DNA of 64,000 nt, taken from Escherichia coli. GTDB taxonomy: Bacteria; Pseudomonadota; Gammaproteobacteria; Enterobacterales; Enterobacteriaceae. The stretch lies in assembly GCF_029227855.1 (NCBI RefSeq), contig NZ_CP074356.1, one strand, 5' to 3'. Shown piece after piece: positions 42,021 through 54,468 of this stretch. Position 1 is the first letter of the stretch. Each line of letters opens with the position of its first letter. Below the pieces are notes generated by a model. The model made no database searches. It was not told the DNA's origin and worked only from the letters and a program-made list of their open reading frames with translations. The translations under genes and the position numbers were made by a program.

Positions 42021-43418
42021 ATGAAAATGGTCTCACGTATTACCGCGATCGGCCTGGCTGGCGTCGCGATTTGCTATTTAGGGTTATCTGGTTATGTGTG
42101 GTACCACGATAATAAACGCAGTAAACAGGCCGATGTTCAGGCATCTGCTGTCAGTGAAAATAATAAGGTTTTAGGCTTTCTCCGCGAAAAAGGATGCGAC
42201 TATTGCCACACACCTTCGGCAGAATTACCCGCCTATTATTATATTCCTGGCGCGAAACAGTTGATGGATTACGACATTAAGCTTGGATATAAATCTTTTA
42301 ACCTCGAGGCCGTGCGTGCGGCACTGCTGGCTGATAAACCCGTTTCGCAAAGCGATCTGAATAAGATTGAATGGGTGATGCAGTATGAAACTATGCCACC
42401 AACGCGTTATACCGCGCTACACTGGGCGGGTAAGGTGAGTGATGAAGAGCGGGCGGAAATACTGGCCTGGATTGCAAAACAGCGCGCGGAATATTACGCC
42501 AGCAATGATACTGCTCCGGAGCATCGCAATGAACCGGTGCAGCCCATCCCGCAAAAACTGCCTACCGATGCGCAAAAAGTGGCGTTGGGCTTTGCGCTGT
42601 ATCACGATCCCCGTTTATCGGCTGATAGCACCATTTCATGCGCTCATTGCCATGCGTTGAATGCGGGGGGCGTCGATGGCAGAAAAACATCGATTGGTGT
42701 TGGTGGCGCAGTTGGGCCGATTAACGCGCCGACGGTATTTAACTCAGTATTTAACGTTGAGCAGTTCTGGGATGGTCGTGCGGCAACATTGCAGGATCAG
42801 GCAGGTGGACCGCCGTTGAACCCGATTGAAATGGCGTCGAAATCCTGGGACGAAATTATTGCTAAGCTGGAAAAAGATCCGCAGCTTAAAGCGCAGTTCC
42901 TCGAAGTTTATCCGCAAGGTTTCAGTGGCGAAAATATTACTGATGCCATTGCTGAATTTGAGAAAACATTAATTACGCCGGATTCCCCATTTGATAAATG
43001 GTTGCGTGGAGATGAAAATGCGCTGACGGCGCAACAGAAAAAAGGCTATCAATTATTTAAAGATAATAAATGTGCAACTTGTCATGGTGGTATTATTCTC
43101 GGCGGACGTTCCTTTGAACCGTTGGGGCTGAAAAAAGACTTTAACTTTGGGGAAATTACGGCGGCGGATATTGGTCGTATGAATGTGACTAAAGAAGAGC
43201 GTGATAAATTGCGTCAGAAAGTACCCGGTTTACGTAACGTTGCTTTAACGGCACCGTACTTCCATCGCGGTGACGTGCCGACGCTGGACGGGGCGGTGAA
43301 ACTGATGCTGCGCTATCAGGTAGGCAAAGAGCTGCCGCAGGAGGATGTGGATGATATCGTAGCTTTCCTGCACAGTCTGAACGGGGTGTACACGCCGTAT
43401 ATGCAGGATAAACAATAA
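42021..43418 (+). CDS. ccp: Cytochrome c peroxidase Ccp (YhjA)
   Basis: 465-aa ORF with N-terminal TM anchor and three CxxCH haem-binding motifs (CDYCH, CAHCH, CATCH). Confidence 0.9.
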   Translation: MKMVSRITAIGLAGVAICYLGLSGYVWYHDNKRSKQADVQASAVSENNKVLGFLREKGCDYCHTPSAELPAYYYIPGAKQLMDYDIKLGYKSFNLEAVRAALLADKPVSQSDLNKIEWVMQYETMPPTRYTALHWAGKVSDEERAEILAWIAKQRAEYYASNDTAPEHRNEPVQPIPQKLPTDAQKVALGFALYHDPRLSADSTISCAHCHALNAGGVDGRKTSIGVGGAVGPINAPTVFNSVFNVEQFWDGRAATLQDQAGGPPLNPIEMASKSWDEIIAKLEKDPQLKAQFLEVYPQGFSGENITDAIAEFEKTLITPDSPFDKWLRGDENALTAQQKKGYQLFKDNKCATCHGGIILGGRSFEPLGLKKDFNFGEITAADIGRMNVTKEERDKLRQKVPGLRNVALTAPYFHRGDVPTLDGAVKLMLRYQVGKELPQEDVDDIVAFLHSLNGVYTPYMQDKQ

Positions 43419-43529
43419 TTAATTTGATCGCCCGAACAGGAATGTTTGGGCGATTTTTATTACGATAATAAAGTCTGTTTTTAATATTATCATGTTAAAT
43501 GTTTATATTATAAAAAGTCGTTTTTCTGC

Positions 43530-43549
43530 TTAGGATTTTGTTATTTAAA
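43530..43549 (+). promoter_or_regulatory. GAD box (GadE binding site) upstream of gadA
   Basis: Exact 20-bp TTAGGATTTTGTTATTTAAA about 80 bp upstream of the gadA ATG. Confidence 0.75.
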
Positions 43550-43628
43550 TTAAGCCTGTAATGCCTTGCTTCCATTGCGGATAAATCCTACTTTTTTATT
43601 GCCTTCAAATAAATTTAAGGAGTTCGAA

Positions 43629-45029
43629 ATGGACCAGAAGCTGTTAACGGATTTCCGCTCAGAACTACTCGATTCACGTTTTGGCGCAAAGGCCATTTCT
43701 ACTATCGCGGAGTCAAAACGATTTCCGCTGCACGAAATGCGCGATGATGTCGCATTCCAGATTATCAATGATGAATTATATCTTGATGGCAACGCTCGTC
43801 AGAACCTGGCCACTTTCTGCCAGACCTGGGACGACGAAAACGTCCATAAATTGATGGATTTGTCGATCAATAAAAACTGGATCGACAAAGAAGAATATCC
43901 GCAATCCGCAGCCATCGACCTGCGTTGCGTAAATATGGTTGCCGATCTGTGGCATGCGCCTGCGCCGAAAAATGGTCAGGCCGTTGGCACCAACACCATT
44001 GGTTCTTCCGAGGCCTGTATGCTTGGCGGGATGGCGATGAAATGGCGTTGGCGCAAGCGTATGGAAGCTGCAGGCAAACCAACGGATAAACCAAACCTGG
44101 TGTGCGGTCCGGTACAAATCTGCTGGCATAAATTCGCCCGCTACTGGGATGTGGAGCTGCGTGAGATCCCTATGCGCCCCGGTCAGTTGTTTATGGACCC
44201 GAAACGCATGATTGAAGCCTGTGACGAAAACACCATCGGCGTGGTGCCGACTTTCGGCGTGACCTACACCGGTAACTATGAGTTCCCACAACCGCTGCAC
44301 GATGCGCTGGATAAATTCCAGGCCGACACTGGTATCGACATCGACATGCACATCGACGCTGCCAGCGGTGGCTTCCTGGCACCGTTCGTCGCCCCGGATA
44401 TCGTCTGGGACTTCCGCCTGCCGCGTGTGAAATCGATCAGTGCTTCAGGCCATAAATTCGGTCTGGCTCCGCTGGGCTGCGGCTGGGTTATCTGGCGTGA
44501 CGAAGAAGCGCTGCCGCAGGAACTGGTGTTCAACGTTGACTACCTGGGTGGTCAAATTGGTACTTTTGCCATCAACTTCTCCCGCCCGGCGGGTCAGGTA
44601 ATTGCACAGTACTATGAATTCCTGCGCCTCGGTCGTGAAGGCTATACCAAAGTACAGAACGCCTCTTACCAGGTTGCCGCTTATCTGGCGGATGAAATCG
44701 CCAAACTGGGGCCGTATGAGTTCATCTGTACGGGTCGCCCGGACGAAGGCATCCCGGCGGTTTGCTTCAAACTGAAAGATGGTGAAGATCCGGGATACAC
44801 CCTGTACGACCTCTCTGAACGTCTGCGTCTGCGCGGCTGGCAGGTTCCGGCCTTCACTCTCGGCGGTGAAGCCACCGACATCGTGGTGATGCGCATTATG
44901 TGTCGTCGCGGCTTCGAAATGGACTTTGCTGAACTGTTGCTGGAAGACTACAAAGCCTCCCTGAAATATCTCAGCGATCACCCGAAACTGCAGGGTATTG
45001 CCCAGCAGAACAGCTTTAAACACACCTGA
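43629..45029 (+). CDS. gadA: Glutamate decarboxylase alpha (PLP-dependent)
   Basis: 466-aa ORF starting [19 protein letters not shown]...; assigned gadA rather than gadB by the gadXW neighbourhood. Confidence 0.93.
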   Translation: MDQKLLTDFRSELLDSRFGAKAISTIAESKRFPLHEMRDDVAFQIINDELYLDGNARQNLATFCQTWDDENVHKLMDLSINKNWIDKEEYPQSAAIDLRCVNMVADLWHAPAPKNGQAVGTNTIGSSEACMLGGMAMKWRWRKRMEAAGKPTDKPNLVCGPVQICWHKFARYWDVELREIPMRPGQLFMDPKRMIEACDENTIGVVPTFGVTYTGNYEFPQPLHDALDKFQADTGIDIDMHIDAASGGFLAPFVAPDIVWDFRLPRVKSISASGHKFGLAPLGCGWVIWRDEEALPQELVFNVDYLGGQIGTFAINFSRPAGQVIAQYYEFLRLGREGYTKVQNASYQVAAYLADEIAKLGPYEFICTGRPDEGIPAVCFKLKDGEDPGYTLYDLSERLRLRGWQVPAFTLGGEATDIVVMRIMCRRGFEMDFAELLLEDYKASLKYLSDHPKLQGIAQQNSFKHT

Positions 45030-45045
45030 TAACATAACGTTGTAA

Positions 45046-45090
45046 AAACCGAATGCCCAGCCTTTAAAAAAACAGCTGGGCATTCGGTTG
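45046..45090. terminator. Hairpin terminator downstream of gadA
   Basis: CCGAATGCCCAGC...GCTGGGCATTCGG inverted repeat flanked by A/T runs. Confidence 0.6.
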
Positions 45091-45398
45091 CTTATTAATC
45101 GCAATAATATATTGGCTGTCTATTCATCGTGTTGATAAGATATATGTTATATGAATGTTTATTAAATGTAGCGATTGCCTTTAATGTCACGAAAAGGGAT
45201 TATTTGCTTGCTATTAATTTCACTGCGTTCTTAAACACGTTTTTGTATTATAAATCCAGTCATCCTGCCCGTAGAACATCACACATTATCATCCTGTTCT
45301 CCCGCTTCGTTTAAATTTATTTATCAATCAATTTGACTTAAGAGGGCGTCGTGCTACATTAATTAACAGTAATATGTTTATGTAATATTAAGTCAACT

Positions 45399-46223
45399 AT
45401 GCAATCATTACATGGGAATTGTCTAATTGCGTACGCAAGACATAAATATATTCTCACCATGGTTAATGGTGAATATCGCTATTTTAATGGCGGTGACCTG
45501 GTTTTTGCGGATGCAAGCCAAATTCGAGTAGATAAGTGTGTTGAAAATTTTGTATTAGTATCAAGGGATACGCTTTCATTATTTCTGCCGATGCTCAAGG
45601 AGGAGGCATTAAATCTTCATGCACATAAAAAAATTTCTTCATTACTCGTTCATCACTGTAGCAGAGATATTCCTGTTTTTCAGGAAGTTGCGCAACTATC
45701 GCAGAATAAGAATCTTCGCTATGCAGAAATGCTACGTAAAAGAGCATTAATCTTTGCGTTGTTATCTGTTTTTCTTGAGGATGAGCACTTTATACCGCTG
45801 CTTTTGAACGTTTTGCAACCGAACATGCGAACACGAGTTTGTACGGTTATCAATAATAATATCGCCCATGAGTGGACACTAGCTCGAATCGCCAGCGAGC
45901 TGTTGATGAGTCCAAGCCTGTTAAAGAAAAAATTGCGCGAAGAAGAGACATCATATTCACAGTTGCTTACTGAGTGTAGAATGCAACGTGCTTTGCAACT
46001 TATTGTTATACATGGCTTTTCAATTAAGCGAGTCGCAGTGTCCTGTGGATATCACAGCGTGTCGTATTTCATTTACGTCTTTCGAAATTATTATGGGATG
46101 ACGCCCACAGAGTATCAGGAGCGATCGGCGCAGGGATTGCCGAACCGTGACTCGGCGGCAAGTATTGTTGCGCAAGGAAATTTTTACGGCACTGACCGTT
46201 CTGCGGAAGGAATAAGATTATAG
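45399..46223 (+). CDS. gadX: AraC-family acid resistance regulator GadX
   Basis: 274-aa ORF with C-terminal AraC-type HTH; position between gadA and gadW. Confidence 0.92.
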   Translation: MQSLHGNCLIAYARHKYILTMVNGEYRYFNGGDLVFADASQIRVDKCVENFVLVSRDTLSLFLPMLKEEALNLHAHKKISSLLVHHCSRDIPVFQEVAQLSQNKNLRYAEMLRKRALIFALLSVFLEDEHFIPLLLNVLQPNMRTRVCTVINNNIAHEWTLARIASELLMSPSLLKKKLREEETSYSQLLTECRMQRALQLIVIHGFSIKRVAVSCGYHSVSYFIYVFRNYYGMTPTEYQERSAQGLPNRDSAASIVAQGNFYGTDRSAEGIRL

Positions 46224-46240
46224 AATTTTACTCAGACATA

Positions 46241-46345
46241 AAAAAAACCCGGCATAGGGGACCGGGAAGAGGATAGTCTGCCGTCTCCAGACTAATAAAC
46301 CGTTATAACACTCCCTGTTGGCACGGGAAACTTTGTGCTCTCAGT
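46241..46345 (-). ncRNA. gadY: GadY small RNA (antisense to the gadX 3-prime UTR)
   Basis: The minus strand reads ACTGAGAGCACAAAGTTTCCCGTGCCAACAGGGAGTGTTATAACGGTTTATTAGTCTGGAGACGGCAGACTATCCTCTTCCCGGTCCCCTATGCCGGGTTTTTTTT, matching GadY as recalled with a terminal hairpin and U tract. Confidence 0.8.
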
Positions 46346-46590
46346 AAGTTAAATATAACTTTTACTGGAAATAAGATCAGCCATTTTTTTATAAACATAA
46401 GCTATACGCTGTGCGAAAATATATTCGTGCTGCATTTACTTATTATCAATTAACTGTTATGCAAAACTACTTTGTGGATAAATTTTGGTCCTACCAAATC
46501 TGGCAGTTTTTTCGCTAAGAAACAGTCTGGCAACATTTCATTAGTATACTGAAATTGAAATAATCGCAGTATGAAATATAAGGGATAATC

Positions 46591-47319
46591 ATGACTCATG
46601 TCTGCTCGGTGATCCTCATTCGTCGTTCATTCGATATTTATCATGAACAGCATAAAATATCGCTGCATAACGAGAGTATCGTGCTGCTGGAGAAAAATTT
46701 GGCAGACGATTTTGCGTTTTGTTCACCGGATACGCGACGACTGGATATCGATGAGCTGACAGTTTGCCATTACTTACAAAATATTCGTCAGCTACCACGC
46801 AATTTAGGGTTACATAGCAAAGACCGTCTATTAATTAACCAGTCACCCCCCATGCCGCTGGTGACGGCGATTTTTGATAGCTTCAATGAATCCGGGGTAA
46901 ATTCACCGATACTGAGCAATATGCTCTACCTTTCCTGTTTATCGATGTTTTCTCATAAGAAAGAACTGATCCCCTTACTTTTCAATAGCATCAGCACTGT
47001 TTCAGGAAAAGTTGAACGCCTTATTAGCTTTGATATCGCCAAACGTTGGTATCTGCGCGATATCGCGGAAAGAATGTATACCAGCGAGAGTCTCATCAAA
47101 AAAAAGTTGCAGGATGAAAATACCTGTTTCAGTAAAATATTACTCGCTTCCAGGATGTCGATGGCCAGACGATTACTCGAGTTACGTCAAATTCCTCTGC
47201 ATACTATTGCAGAAAAATGTGGCTATAGCAGTACGTCGTACTTTATAAACACATTTCGACAATATTATGGTGTAACGCCACATCAGTTTGCGCAACATTC
47301 GCCAGGTACCTTTTCCTGA
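46591..47319 (+). CDS. gadW: AraC-family acid resistance regulator GadW
   Basis: 242-aa ORF with AraC-type HTH. Confidence 0.9.
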   Translation: MTHVCSVILIRRSFDIYHEQHKISLHNESIVLLEKNLADDFAFCSPDTRRLDIDELTVCHYLQNIRQLPRNLGLHSKDRLLINQSPPMPLVTAIFDSFNESGVNSPILSNMLYLSCLSMFSHKKELIPLLFNSISTVSGKVERLISFDIAKRWYLRDIAERMYTSESLIKKKLQDENTCFSKILLASRMSMARRLLELRQIPLHTIAEKCGYSSTSYFINTFRQYYGVTPHQFAQHSPGTFS

Positions 47320-47681
47320 CATATTTTGCATTTGAATATTGGTCAGGATCTCACACCTGCTTCATGTGAAACTCTTCCCTGATGATTTCTGCCGGGCTAC
47401 CGGCTAGTTCTCTTTCGCAGTTTGCCAGGCGGTATAGGTATTTTCAGGAGGAAAAGACTCGGCATGTTTGGGATTATTAAGCTGACAATTCATACGATTA
47501 CGGGAATGTGGGTCAGTATTGTGCTGTTCAAATTGATGACGAATGGCTGGAGTGGTTTCTACTTTCAGTGCTGTGTACTAAGCCTGGTATTCCTGACGGT
47601 TAGCTGGTTGTTGAGTGGTGAATGGTTAGCAGGAAAGAGTAAGGCTGAACCTTCACGTTCAACCTTACTCTCATTTACACG

Positions 47682-50600
47682 TTACGCTTTTTTAAAGCGG
47701 GCAAAGAGATGTTCCACTACAACGAAAAAGACCGGAACGAAGTAAATTGCCAGCACTGTTGCGGCAAACATCCCGCCCATCACGCCGGTACCTACCGCGT
47801 TTTGCGCGCCAGAACCGGCACCATGACTGATAACCAGCGGCAGCACGCCGAGAATAAAGGCCAGAGAGGTCATCAGGATTGGGCGTAAACGCATCCGCGC
47901 CGCTTCGATGATTGCCTCTATCGGCGTTTTCCCTTCTTTCTGCATCATCTCAACGGCAAATTCGACAATCAGGATGGCGTTCTTGGCGGAAAGCCCGATG
48001 GTGGTCAGCAAACCAACCTGGAAGTAGACGTCATTACTTAAGCCGCGCAGATCGGTGGCCAGTAATGCGCCAACGACGCCTAACGGAACAACCAACATCA
48101 CCGAGAACGGAATTGACCAGCTCTCATAGAGTGCGGCGAGGGCGAGGAACACCACGACCAGTGAAATGGCATACAGTGCAGGAGCCTGGTTTGAGGATAA
48201 CGCTTCCTGATACGACAGTCCGGTCCATGAGTAGCCGACGCCTGCCGGAAGTTTAGCGACCAGGTCTGCCATAAATTTCATAGCGTCACCGGTACTTTTC
48301 CCGGCCGCCGCTTCACCTAAAATCTCCATTGACGGGATGCCGTTGTAGCGTTCCAATCGCGGTGAACCATAGGTCCATTCGGTAGACGAGTAGGCAGAAA
48401 GCGGTGCCATCGTGCCAGAGGCGTTGCGTACATACCATTGGTTGATGTTATCCGGCAACATACGGAACGGCGTGCCTGCCTGGACATACACTTTTTTCAC
48501 CCGCCCCTGGTTGAGGAAGTCGTTCACGTAGCTGCTGCCGAAGGCGGTGGAAATTGTCTGGTTGATATCAGACAGCGCCACACCCATGGCCTCAGCTTTC
48601 GCGGCGTTGACGTTCACTTTGAACATCGGCGTATCTTCCAGGCCGTTCGGGCGTACCCCGGTGACCTGGTCAGGCGATTGCGCTGCCAGTGATAACAGCT
48701 CGTTTCGTGCCTGGGTTAGTTTTTCGTGCCCCAGGTTACCGTTGTCCAGCAGTTCCATATCAAAACCTGACGCGGTACCCAGTTCAGCCACCGCGGGTAA
48801 GTTGAACGGGAAGACGACGGCTTTATTGATACTGCTTAACGCAATCATTGCCCGCTGAATGATCGCGGTAACCGAGTTTTCCTCACCGACACGTTCAGAC
48901 CACGGCTTGAGACTGATAAACGCCAGGCCGTTGTTTTGCCCCTGGCCGCTGAAGCCAAAGCCGCCAACGGTAAACACCGACTGAACATTATCTTTCTCTT
49001 TTGTAAGATAATAATCCGTCACCTGTTGCAGCACTTTCGTGGTGTTAACCATGGTGGCACCGGAAGGTAACTGCGCGGTGGTCATAAATACCCCCTGATC
49101 CTCTTCTGGTAAGAAAGAGGTCGGTGTACGCAGGAACAGCACCGCCATCCCGGCGCAAATCAGCAGGTAGACCACCATGTAGCGACCGGTACAACGCAAC
49201 AGCGAGCGGGTGCTATCGGTATAGTGCTGAGTTGATTTTTCAAACAGCGTGTTGAAGCGTGCGAACAGGGCGTTAGGTTTGTGACCGCCTTCCGGCGCGG
49301 CTTTCAGAATGGTGGCGCACAGGGCAGGGGTCAGGCTCATTGCCACAAATACTGAAAGCAGCATGGAGGAGATCAGCGTGATGGAGAACTGGCGGTAGAT
49401 CTCCCCGGTTGCGCCGCTCATAAAGGCCATCGGCATAAACACTGCGGAAAGAACAACAGCAATACCGACCAGCGCACGTTGGATCTGCCCCATCGATTTA
49501 TGCGTCGCTTCCTTCGGTGGTAGCTTATCTTCCGCAATGACACGCTCGACGTTCTCCACCACCACGATGGCGTCATCCACCAGTAGCCCTATCGCCAGCA
49601 CCATCCCGAACATAGTTAACGTGTTGATGGTGAAACCGACCGCCGACAAGATCGCAAACGTCCCGAGAATAACCACCGGTACGGCAATCGTCGGGATGAT
49701 TGTGGCACGGAAATTCTGCAAAAACAGATACATGACCAGGAAGACGAGGATGATAGCCTCAACCAGTGTTTTAAAAACTTCCTGAATAGAAATTTCGATA
49801 AACGGCGTGGTGTCGTAAGGATAAACCGTCTTCAGACTTGCGGGGAAATAGGCTGATAAGCGGTTCAGCTCCTCTTTGACTGCCCGCGAGGTATCCAGGG
49901 CGTTTGCTCCGGTAGCCAGTTTGATGGCGATCCCGGCAGCAGGTTTGCCGTTATAGCGCGCCACGGTGGAATAATCTTCCGCTCCAAGTTCGACGCGGGC
50001 GACATCACGCAGCAGCACTTGCGAACCATCTTGCTGAACTTTCAACAGGATTTTGCCAAATTCTTCCGGCGTTTGCAGACGCGTCTGCACAATGATCGAG
50101 GCGTTTAGTTGCTGGTCTGCCGCCTGTGGCATGCCACCCAGTTGACCACCGGAAATCTGGTTGTTTTGCACCTTAATCTGGGAAATAACATCGGAAGGTA
50201 CCAGATTGTATTTATTGAGTTTTTGCGGGTCCAGCCAGATACGCATGGCGTACTCGGAACCAAAGAGCTGTACGCTACCAACGCCCGCGGTACGGCTTAG
50301 CGGGTCTTTGATATTAGACGCTACATAGTCCGCGATATCGTACTGGTTGAGGCTGCCGTTATCAGAAATAAACGCCGCTACCATCAGAATATTACTGCTC
50401 GACTTATCAACGCTAATCCCCTGCTGCTGCACCGCTTCAGGTAATGAAGGCATAGCGAGTTGCAGTTTATTTTGCACCTGAACCTGTGCGATATCAGGAG
50501 ATGTCCCAGTCTCGAAGGTCAGAGTGATAGAGGCATTACCCGCCGCATCACTGGTTGAAGACATGTACATCAGGCCATCAAGCCCATTCATATTTTGCTC

Positions 50601-50795
50601 AATCACCTGAGTGACCGAGTCTTCTACCGTTTGCGCATCGGCACCTGGATAGGTAGCGCTGACGGTAATGGTCGGTGGCGCAATCTGCGGATACTGCGCA
50701 ACCGGTAAGTTCATGATCGCCAGACCACCTGCAAGCATCATAATAATGGCAAGTACCCAGGCAAAAACCGGGCGATCAATAAAATAGTTAGCCAT
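47682..50795 (-). CDS. mdtF: RND multidrug efflux pump inner membrane transporter MdtF
   Basis: 1037-aa ORF, AcrB-like 12-TM RND transporter; follows mdtE. Confidence 0.93.
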   Translation of the reverse strand: MANYFIDRPVFAWVLAIIMMLAGGLAIMNLPVAQYPQIAPPTITVSATYPGADAQTVEDSVTQVIEQNMNGLDGLMYMSSTSDAAGNASITLTFETGTSPDIAQVQVQNKLQLAMPSLPEAVQQQGISVDKSSSNILMVAAFISDNGSLNQYDIADYVASNIKDPLSRTAGVGSVQLFGSEYAMRIWLDPQKLNKYNLVPSDVISQIKVQNNQISGGQLGGMPQAADQQLNASIIVQTRLQTPEEFGKILLKVQQDGSQVLLRDVARVELGAEDYSTVARYNGKPAAGIAIKLATGANALDTSRAVKEELNRLSAYFPASLKTVYPYDTTPFIEISIQEVFKTLVEAIILVFLVMYLFLQNFRATIIPTIAVPVVILGTFAILSAVGFTINTLTMFGMVLAIGLLVDDAIVVVENVERVIAEDKLPPKEATHKSMGQIQRALVGIAVVLSAVFMPMAFMSGATGEIYRQFSITLISSMLLSVFVAMSLTPALCATILKAAPEGGHKPNALFARFNTLFEKSTQHYTDSTRSLLRCTGRYMVVYLLICAGMAVLFLRTPTSFLPEEDQGVFMTTAQLPSGATMVNTTKVLQQVTDYYLTKEKDNVQSVFTVGGFGFSGQGQNNGLAFISLKPWSERVGEENSVTAIIQRAMIALSSINKAVVFPFNLPAVAELGTASGFDMELLDNGNLGHEKLTQARNELLSLAAQSPDQVTGVRPNGLEDTPMFKVNVNAAKAEAMGVALSDINQTISTAFGSSYVNDFLNQGRVKKVYVQAGTPFRMLPDNINQWYVRNASGTMAPLSAYSSTEWTYGSPRLERYNGIPSMEILGEAAAGKSTGDAMKFMADLVAKLPAGVGYSWTGLSYQEALSSNQAPALYAISLVVVFLALAALYESWSIPFSVMLVVPLGVVGALLATDLRGLSNDVYFQVGLLTTIGLSAKNAILIVEFAVEMMQKEGKTPIEAIIEAARMRLRPILMTSLAFILGVLPLVISHGAGSGAQNAVGTGVMGGMFAATVLAIYFVPVFFVVVEHLFARFKKA

Positions 50796-50819
50796 GAAAG
50801 TCCCCTTAAGCCTGCAACG

Positions 50820-51977
50820 TTATTGTTTCGATTCGGTGCTGGCGTTTTCCTGGCTGGAGGAAATTGCTCGTGCTTTGATACCCGGACGAATGCGTTGCAA
50901 ACCGGAAACGATCACCCGATCGCCAGCCTGCAAGCCAGAGGTGACAACCCACTGGTCGCCGATGGCTTTGCTGGCTTCAATTTCGCGTAGCTGCACAACA
51001 TCGTCTTTATCCAGAATGAGCGCCGTTGCTTTACCCTGGGCGTTGTGGGTGACGCCTTCCTGCGGCACCAGTAATACATTCTGGCGGCTACCTTCATCCA
51101 CTAATGCCGTGACGTACATGCCAGGCAGCAAGTCACCATTTGGGTTGGGGAAAATCGCCCGTAACGTCACGGAGCCCGTGGTTTCATCCACCGTCGGGTC
51201 GGAGAATTTCAGCGTGCCGGTCTGGCTGTAGCGTTTACCATTTTCCAGATTGAGCTGTACTGGCGTACTGCCCTGAACCTGTTTGATTTGCCCACTGGCG
51301 ACCTCTTCTTTCATGCGTAAGAAATCTTGCACCGACTGCGTGAGATCGACATAAATCGGGTCCAGACGTTGTACGGTAACCAGCGAATCTGCCTGATTAG
51401 CGGTAACGAGTGCGCCGACGGTCACCGACGATTTCCCGCTGACGCCCGTAATCGGCGAGGTGACATTCGCGTATTGCAGATTGATCGTCGCCTGTTCAAC
51501 AGCCGCTTTGGCGACGGTGACATTGGCTTCTGCTTCATTCAACTGGGTGCGCGCGGTGTCGTAATCCTGACGGCTAACGTAGTTGGTCTTCAGCAACGAT
51601 GCCTGGCGGTTAAAGGTGATGCGGGCATTGCTGGCGGTAGAGAGCGCTTTCGCCAGCGAGCCTTTGGCGGAGTTTAGCTCGGCCTGTAAAGGTGCAGGAT
51701 CAATCTGATACAGCGAATCGCCCTGGTTCACTTTATCGCCTTCGATAAAGTTGCGTTTAATGATAATACCGCCCACCTGGGGACGTATCTCGGCAACTTC
51801 ATAAGGAACGGTTCTACCGGGCAATTCGCTCAACACATTGACCGAACCGGGGGAGAGTGTGACTACACCGACCTCAGGCGTCATGGCGGCGGCGTTTTCC
51901 GCCGATTTGTCATCGCAGGCGGTGAGCATCGCGCCGCAGAATAACAACGGTATTAACAGCTTTCTTCTTCTGTTCAT
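50820..51977 (-). CDS. mdtE: RND efflux membrane fusion (periplasmic adaptor) protein MdtE
   Basis: 385-aa ORF with lipoprotein signal (LTAC) and AcrA-like adaptor domains. Confidence 0.93.
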   Translation of the reverse strand: MNRRRKLLIPLLFCGAMLTACDDKSAENAAAMTPEVGVVTLSPGSVNVLSELPGRTVPYEVAEIRPQVGGIIIKRNFIEGDKVNQGDSLYQIDPAPLQAELNSAKGSLAKALSTASNARITFNRQASLLKTNYVSRQDYDTARTQLNEAEANVTVAKAAVEQATINLQYANVTSPITGVSGKSSVTVGALVTANQADSLVTVQRLDPIYVDLTQSVQDFLRMKEEVASGQIKQVQGSTPVQLNLENGKRYSQTGTLKFSDPTVDETTGSVTLRAIFPNPNGDLLPGMYVTALVDEGSRQNVLLVPQEGVTHNAQGKATALILDKDDVVQLREIEASKAIGDQWVVTSGLQAGDRVIVSGLQRIRPGIKARAISSSQENASTESKQ

Positions 51978-52315
51978 TTTAGTCCCTGAAAATTCTTGAG
52001 AAATAACGGTTCTTTAAATTGCGCGCGAGGAGAGATATGAGGGATTTACAGACCAGCGGCATAGTGGGGTTGTCAGCCAGTAAGGTGGGATACAGGTATA
52101 GTGATCGACATGGTGAGGTCAACGACAAAAAAAATGTTGCCGTTCTGCCAACAGTTCCTGCCAGCATTCGGGCAACGAAGGGTTCTACTGGTGGATACAC
52201 ATACCAGGGGAATAAAGTCGTTTTAGCCTCTCCTTTAGTAATCACCGGGGGTAATGAAATCAGCATCTGCATCCCTCGTCATGCCAGCCATCAATTTCAG
52301 TTGCTTATGTCCTGA

Positions 52316-52843
52316 CTAAAAATAAGATGTGATACCCAGGGTGACGATGTCGCTCATACGTCTTAGTTTCAGCTTGTACATAATGTTGAATTTCTGAATC
52401 TTTAATGTTTGTTGCGAAATATTGAGCGTCGACGTGATATTGCTTTCATTTTTATTTTTCAGAATCAGTTGCATAATTTTGAACTGATTATGTGAAAAAC
52501 ATAATTGTGAATTCTTATGGGGCAAGTGTTTACCATAAGTAATCTCAAGAAGATTTTTGATACTTTCTTTGCGGCTAACAAAATAAATAGGCGCTTTAGC
52601 TTTTAGTTTACTGATGTGATAAGGTGCCAAAACAATAATTCTCTCGGCATCTAATTTCTCCAGAAATTTAATCGCTTCTTCATCAAGGATATGATTGTGA
52701 TAGGTATCAATGATAACCTTGAAGGGTTTATTGCCTACTTTTTTGATCTCTGACAGGGAATTGATTTTTATCATTTCGTGATTATCTTTCAACTGCCAAA
52801 AGCCCTGTAAAAGAAAAGAATCTTTCGTCATGAGAAAAATCAT
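52316..52843 (-). CDS. gadE: LuxR-family acid resistance activator GadE
   Basis: 175-aa product from the internal ATG (MIFLMTKDSF...) with C-terminal LuxR HTH. The track ORF extends 26 codons upstream to 52921. Confidence 0.88.
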   Translation of the reverse strand: MIFLMTKDSFLLQGFWQLKDNHEMIKINSLSEIKKVGNKPFKVIIDTYHNHILDEEAIKFLEKLDAERIIVLAPYHISKLKAKAPIYFVSRKESIKNLLEITYGKHLPHKNSQLCFSHNQFKIMQLILKNKNESNITSTLNISQQTLKIQKFNIMYKLKLRRMSDIVTLGITSYF

Positions 52844-53641
52844 AACTTGCTCCTTAGCCGTTATCGTTTCGAACATGTCATCCTTTTCATTATTTACATC
52901 CTTGTCCGAATCGTTGTTCAATATAGTAAACGCCTATAAGAACTTTGCCCTTCGTGAACTAATACGTCTATTAACACTAATCAATACTTCAGATTTATCC
53001 ATCACGCACTCCATATATTGATCCTAAGTAAGATTCCTGGTTGTTATCAGTTTGTAAACAGTAAACAAAAAGTTAACGTTTGCGGATTACTGCCCAAGAA
53101 TAAGTTATCAATAACCAGTTTGTGATCTCTGAAGAATATTACTAAAGTTAAAATGTAATCCGATTTAAATATCGAGTCTCCTTGTTTCGACTTAAGCTGG
53201 CAATTGGATTGCCAGCTTTCTTTTAACGCATTGAAATTACCTGAGTAAATAACGCATTCATGTCTTCAGGTTTTTATATAGCGTCTGGAGACACGGATAT
53301 TTATGCAATGTAATCAATGCCAGTTGCAAAAAAATGAACCCGGATTACTTATTTAACCGCCCATAGCATCAACGCTTACGGAACTCTTTGTTCACTTTCC
53401 CACTGCACTTTTAAAACATTAAACCTGACTACGGAAAATATCAGCCATGATAATGTTTGAAATGGCTAATTTGCCATGGAGTGAAAAAAATTAGATGAAA
53501 TTCAGTAGGTTGAAATAATCACTAGCAGGTAATTATTTCAATGATAGTGCGCAATTGATCTACAACGCTGCGTAGCGGTGAGAGTATTAATCGGATCATA
53601 GTCACATCAAGTGACTATGATCCGGGTGACATCCGGGATAA
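52844..53641. promoter_or_regulatory. Long AT-rich gadE upstream control region
   Basis: About 800-bp AT-rich non-coding stretch upstream of gadE. gadE is known to have an unusually large multi-promoter regulatory region; individual binding sites not mapped here. Confidence 0.5.
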
Positions 53642-54214
53642 TTATTGCTGCTTAACGAACAAACTGGCGAAGCTGAACAGGCTGGCGGCGCTAAATATCA
53701 GTTCAATTCCCACCAGTGTGGAAACCAGCGTTACAGACACCATCGGCGTTGCACCAAGGAATATCCAGGCAATGACGATATCCAGCACACCAATAACGAG
53801 CTGTAGCCAGCTGCCTTTCATTGAACGCTGACGATACCAACTCATCAGGCGAATAACCCCTGCAACACAGAACAAACCGGCAATAAATGCCGCAATGGCA
53901 AAAATGCCCAGCTCCGGTGCGCGGATGAAGAAATAGCCGATCAATAAATAGGCGACTGCGACGAGGAAACCGGATAATACCGGCCAGAAATTATGACTGC
54001 GGTTGCTGAATAACCCGACAATAAGCGCAATGCCCGAGCAGATTAATAATGCACCCACTACTGTGCTTAAAATATCGCCAGAGACGAACGGGAAACTGAT
54101 ACACAGCAACCCGACGATAAACAACAGCACGGCAATAAACTGGATTGCTCTGCGATGTTTTTTAAGCATCTCCAGATCAAACTTCAAAATTGTTGCCTTA
54201 TCTATATATAACAT
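53642..54214 (-). CDS. hdeD: Acid-resistance inner membrane protein HdeD
   Basis: 190-aa polytopic membrane ORF divergent from hdeAB. Confidence 0.9.
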   Translation of the reverse strand: MLYIDKATILKFDLEMLKKHRRAIQFIAVLLFIVGLLCISFPFVSGDILSTVVGALLICSGIALIVGLFSNRSHNFWPVLSGFLVAVAYLLIGYFFIRAPELGIFAIAAFIAGLFCVAGVIRLMSWYRQRSMKGSWLQLVIGVLDIVIAWIFLGATPMVSVTLVSTLVGIELIFSAASLFSFASLFVKQQ

Positions 54215-54468
54215 AGAACCACCCTATAAAATTAAGAAGAAAATCCCCTGCTATCAATCTATGCCAAAAACGCGTCTAAGAATGCAGTCGATTTAATAAA
54301 AATTTCCTAATTACAGTATCTGATGCATCTGTAACTCATTGTATTGAAATAAAAATATCTGATTTTGATATTTTCTATCAACATGACATATACAGAAAAC
54401 CAGGTTATAACCTCAGTGTCGAAATTGATTCGTGACGGCTCTTTCACTTTATAGTTGAGGATATTACG

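Noticed and set aside
47422-47745. 107-aa hydrophobic ORF (MFGIIKLTIHTITGMWVSIVLF...) between gadW and mdtF
   Set aside because: Its 3-prime end overlaps the convergent mdtF C-terminus by about 64 bp, and the only ATG has a poorly spaced RBS. I could not link it to a known family. It could be a real small membrane protein, but the evidence is insufficient; ribosome profiling would settle it.
52844-52921. N-terminal extension of gadE (26 extra codons, MNNDSDKDVNNEKDDMFETITAKEQV) in the ORF track
   Set aside because: The recalled 175-aa GadE starts at MIFLMTKD, and the extension lies in the AT-rich regulatory region. It is likely an upstream in-frame ATG and not the real start.
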